Source of the DNA: Methanopyrus kandleri AV19
Lineage (GTDB): Archaea; JAADCQ01; Methanopyri; Methanopyrales; Methanopyraceae
DNA: 32,000 bases
Direction of reading: 5' to 3'
Assembly: GCF_000007185.1 (NCBI RefSeq)
Contig: NC_003551.1
Coordinates: 1,110,001-1,142,000 of the forward strand
Shown: positions 31,640 to 32,000 of the stretch, piece after piece
How the letters are laid out: each line of letters begins with the position of its first letter
How positions within the stretch are numbered: position 1 is the stretch's first letter
Translations under genes and position numbers: made by a program
The notes under the pieces: generated by a model
What the model was told of the DNA's origin: nothing
The model's database searches: none
Seen by the model: only the letters and a program-made list of their open reading frames with translations

Positions 31640-32000
31640 ATGCGCACCTCCACCCCCGACGACCGGAAACTGAGGGACTGCACCGCCGAGGTCGGGGTGC
31701 TGAGCGTTCTGGGTAGGATCGTGGTGAGTCACCGCCTCCTCGAGTCCCTCGGGTCCGACGACCGGGATTACCTACGTTACCTACGATGTGCGCTGATATC
31801 CGATCTCGTGGCGTGCGTTAGCCTCCTGGGTGTGCTCGAGATCTACGCTTTCTCTCTCACCGTGAGTCCGGCGGCCATCCCGGTGGCCATCCCCGCGATC
31901 CTCCTCCTGGCCGGCATGACGTACCTGTTGAAGACCTTGCTGGAGTCCTCCCCGCTCGCCGGCGTGGTGGACAGGATAACGTATCACATGTGTATCCTGT
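31640..32000 (+). CDS. Partial membrane protein running off the window end
   Basis: This frame is open from ATG 31640 to the window end and is not in the supplied track because it has no stop. It reads 'MRTSTPDDRKLRDCTAEVGVLSVLGRIVVSH...LISDLVACVSLLGVLEIYAFSLTVSPAAIPVAIPAILLLAGMTYLL'. Protein-like TM sequence also exists just upstream in another frame ('WYHAVASLATGYAMQVALEKSPNPTMAVLASGISALSLVGASIARDAHLH'). It would join at the C5 run 31653-31657. Confidence 0.45.
   Translation, partial: MRTSTPDDRKLRDCTAEVGVLSVLGRIVVSHRLLESLGSDDRDYLRYLRCALISDLVACVSLLGVLEIYAFSLTVSPAAIPVAIPAILLLAGMTYLLKTLLESSPLAGVVDRITYHMCIL

Overview
GC-rich window (by eye above 60% GC) with sharply AT-rich islands. It looks archaeal: TATA-like boxes, GGAGGTGA-type ribosome-binding sites, and Arg/Glu/Val/Pro-rich proteins typical of hyperthermophiles. 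It is reminiscent of Methanopyrus-type genomes, but I cannot verify that without a search. (1) 1363-3075 holds a CRISPR array of 12 intact 36-nt repeats plus one degenerate trailer repeat. Spacers are unusually long and variable (49-72 nt). A roughly 550-bp AT-rich leader lies on the right, and no cas gene is present anywhere in the window. (2) 3.3-8.4 kb holds small accessory genes: a secreted/anchored hypothetical protein, an MFS transporter, a divergent MNT/HEPN pair, and several genes that only read through if the frame is changed. (3) 9-31.2 kb is a lineage-specific cell-envelope island. Its core is two overlapping giant genes (1635 and 1853 aa) built from tandem repeat modules. The island also holds several families of paralogous multi-TM proteins, including three copies of an unassigned 'LGYCE...FLRTRGVC...EKFSMVYAALCL' domain. 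An inverted, truncated, stop-laden copy of the 3' end of the second giant gene lies upstream, giving the island a mirrored gene order. I consider this inverted-cassette and giant surface-protein locus the most interesting candidate system, possibly surface-protein variation by recombination between the inverted arms. Its function is entirely inferential. No rRNA or tRNA genes, transposases, integrases or reverse transcriptases were recognised.
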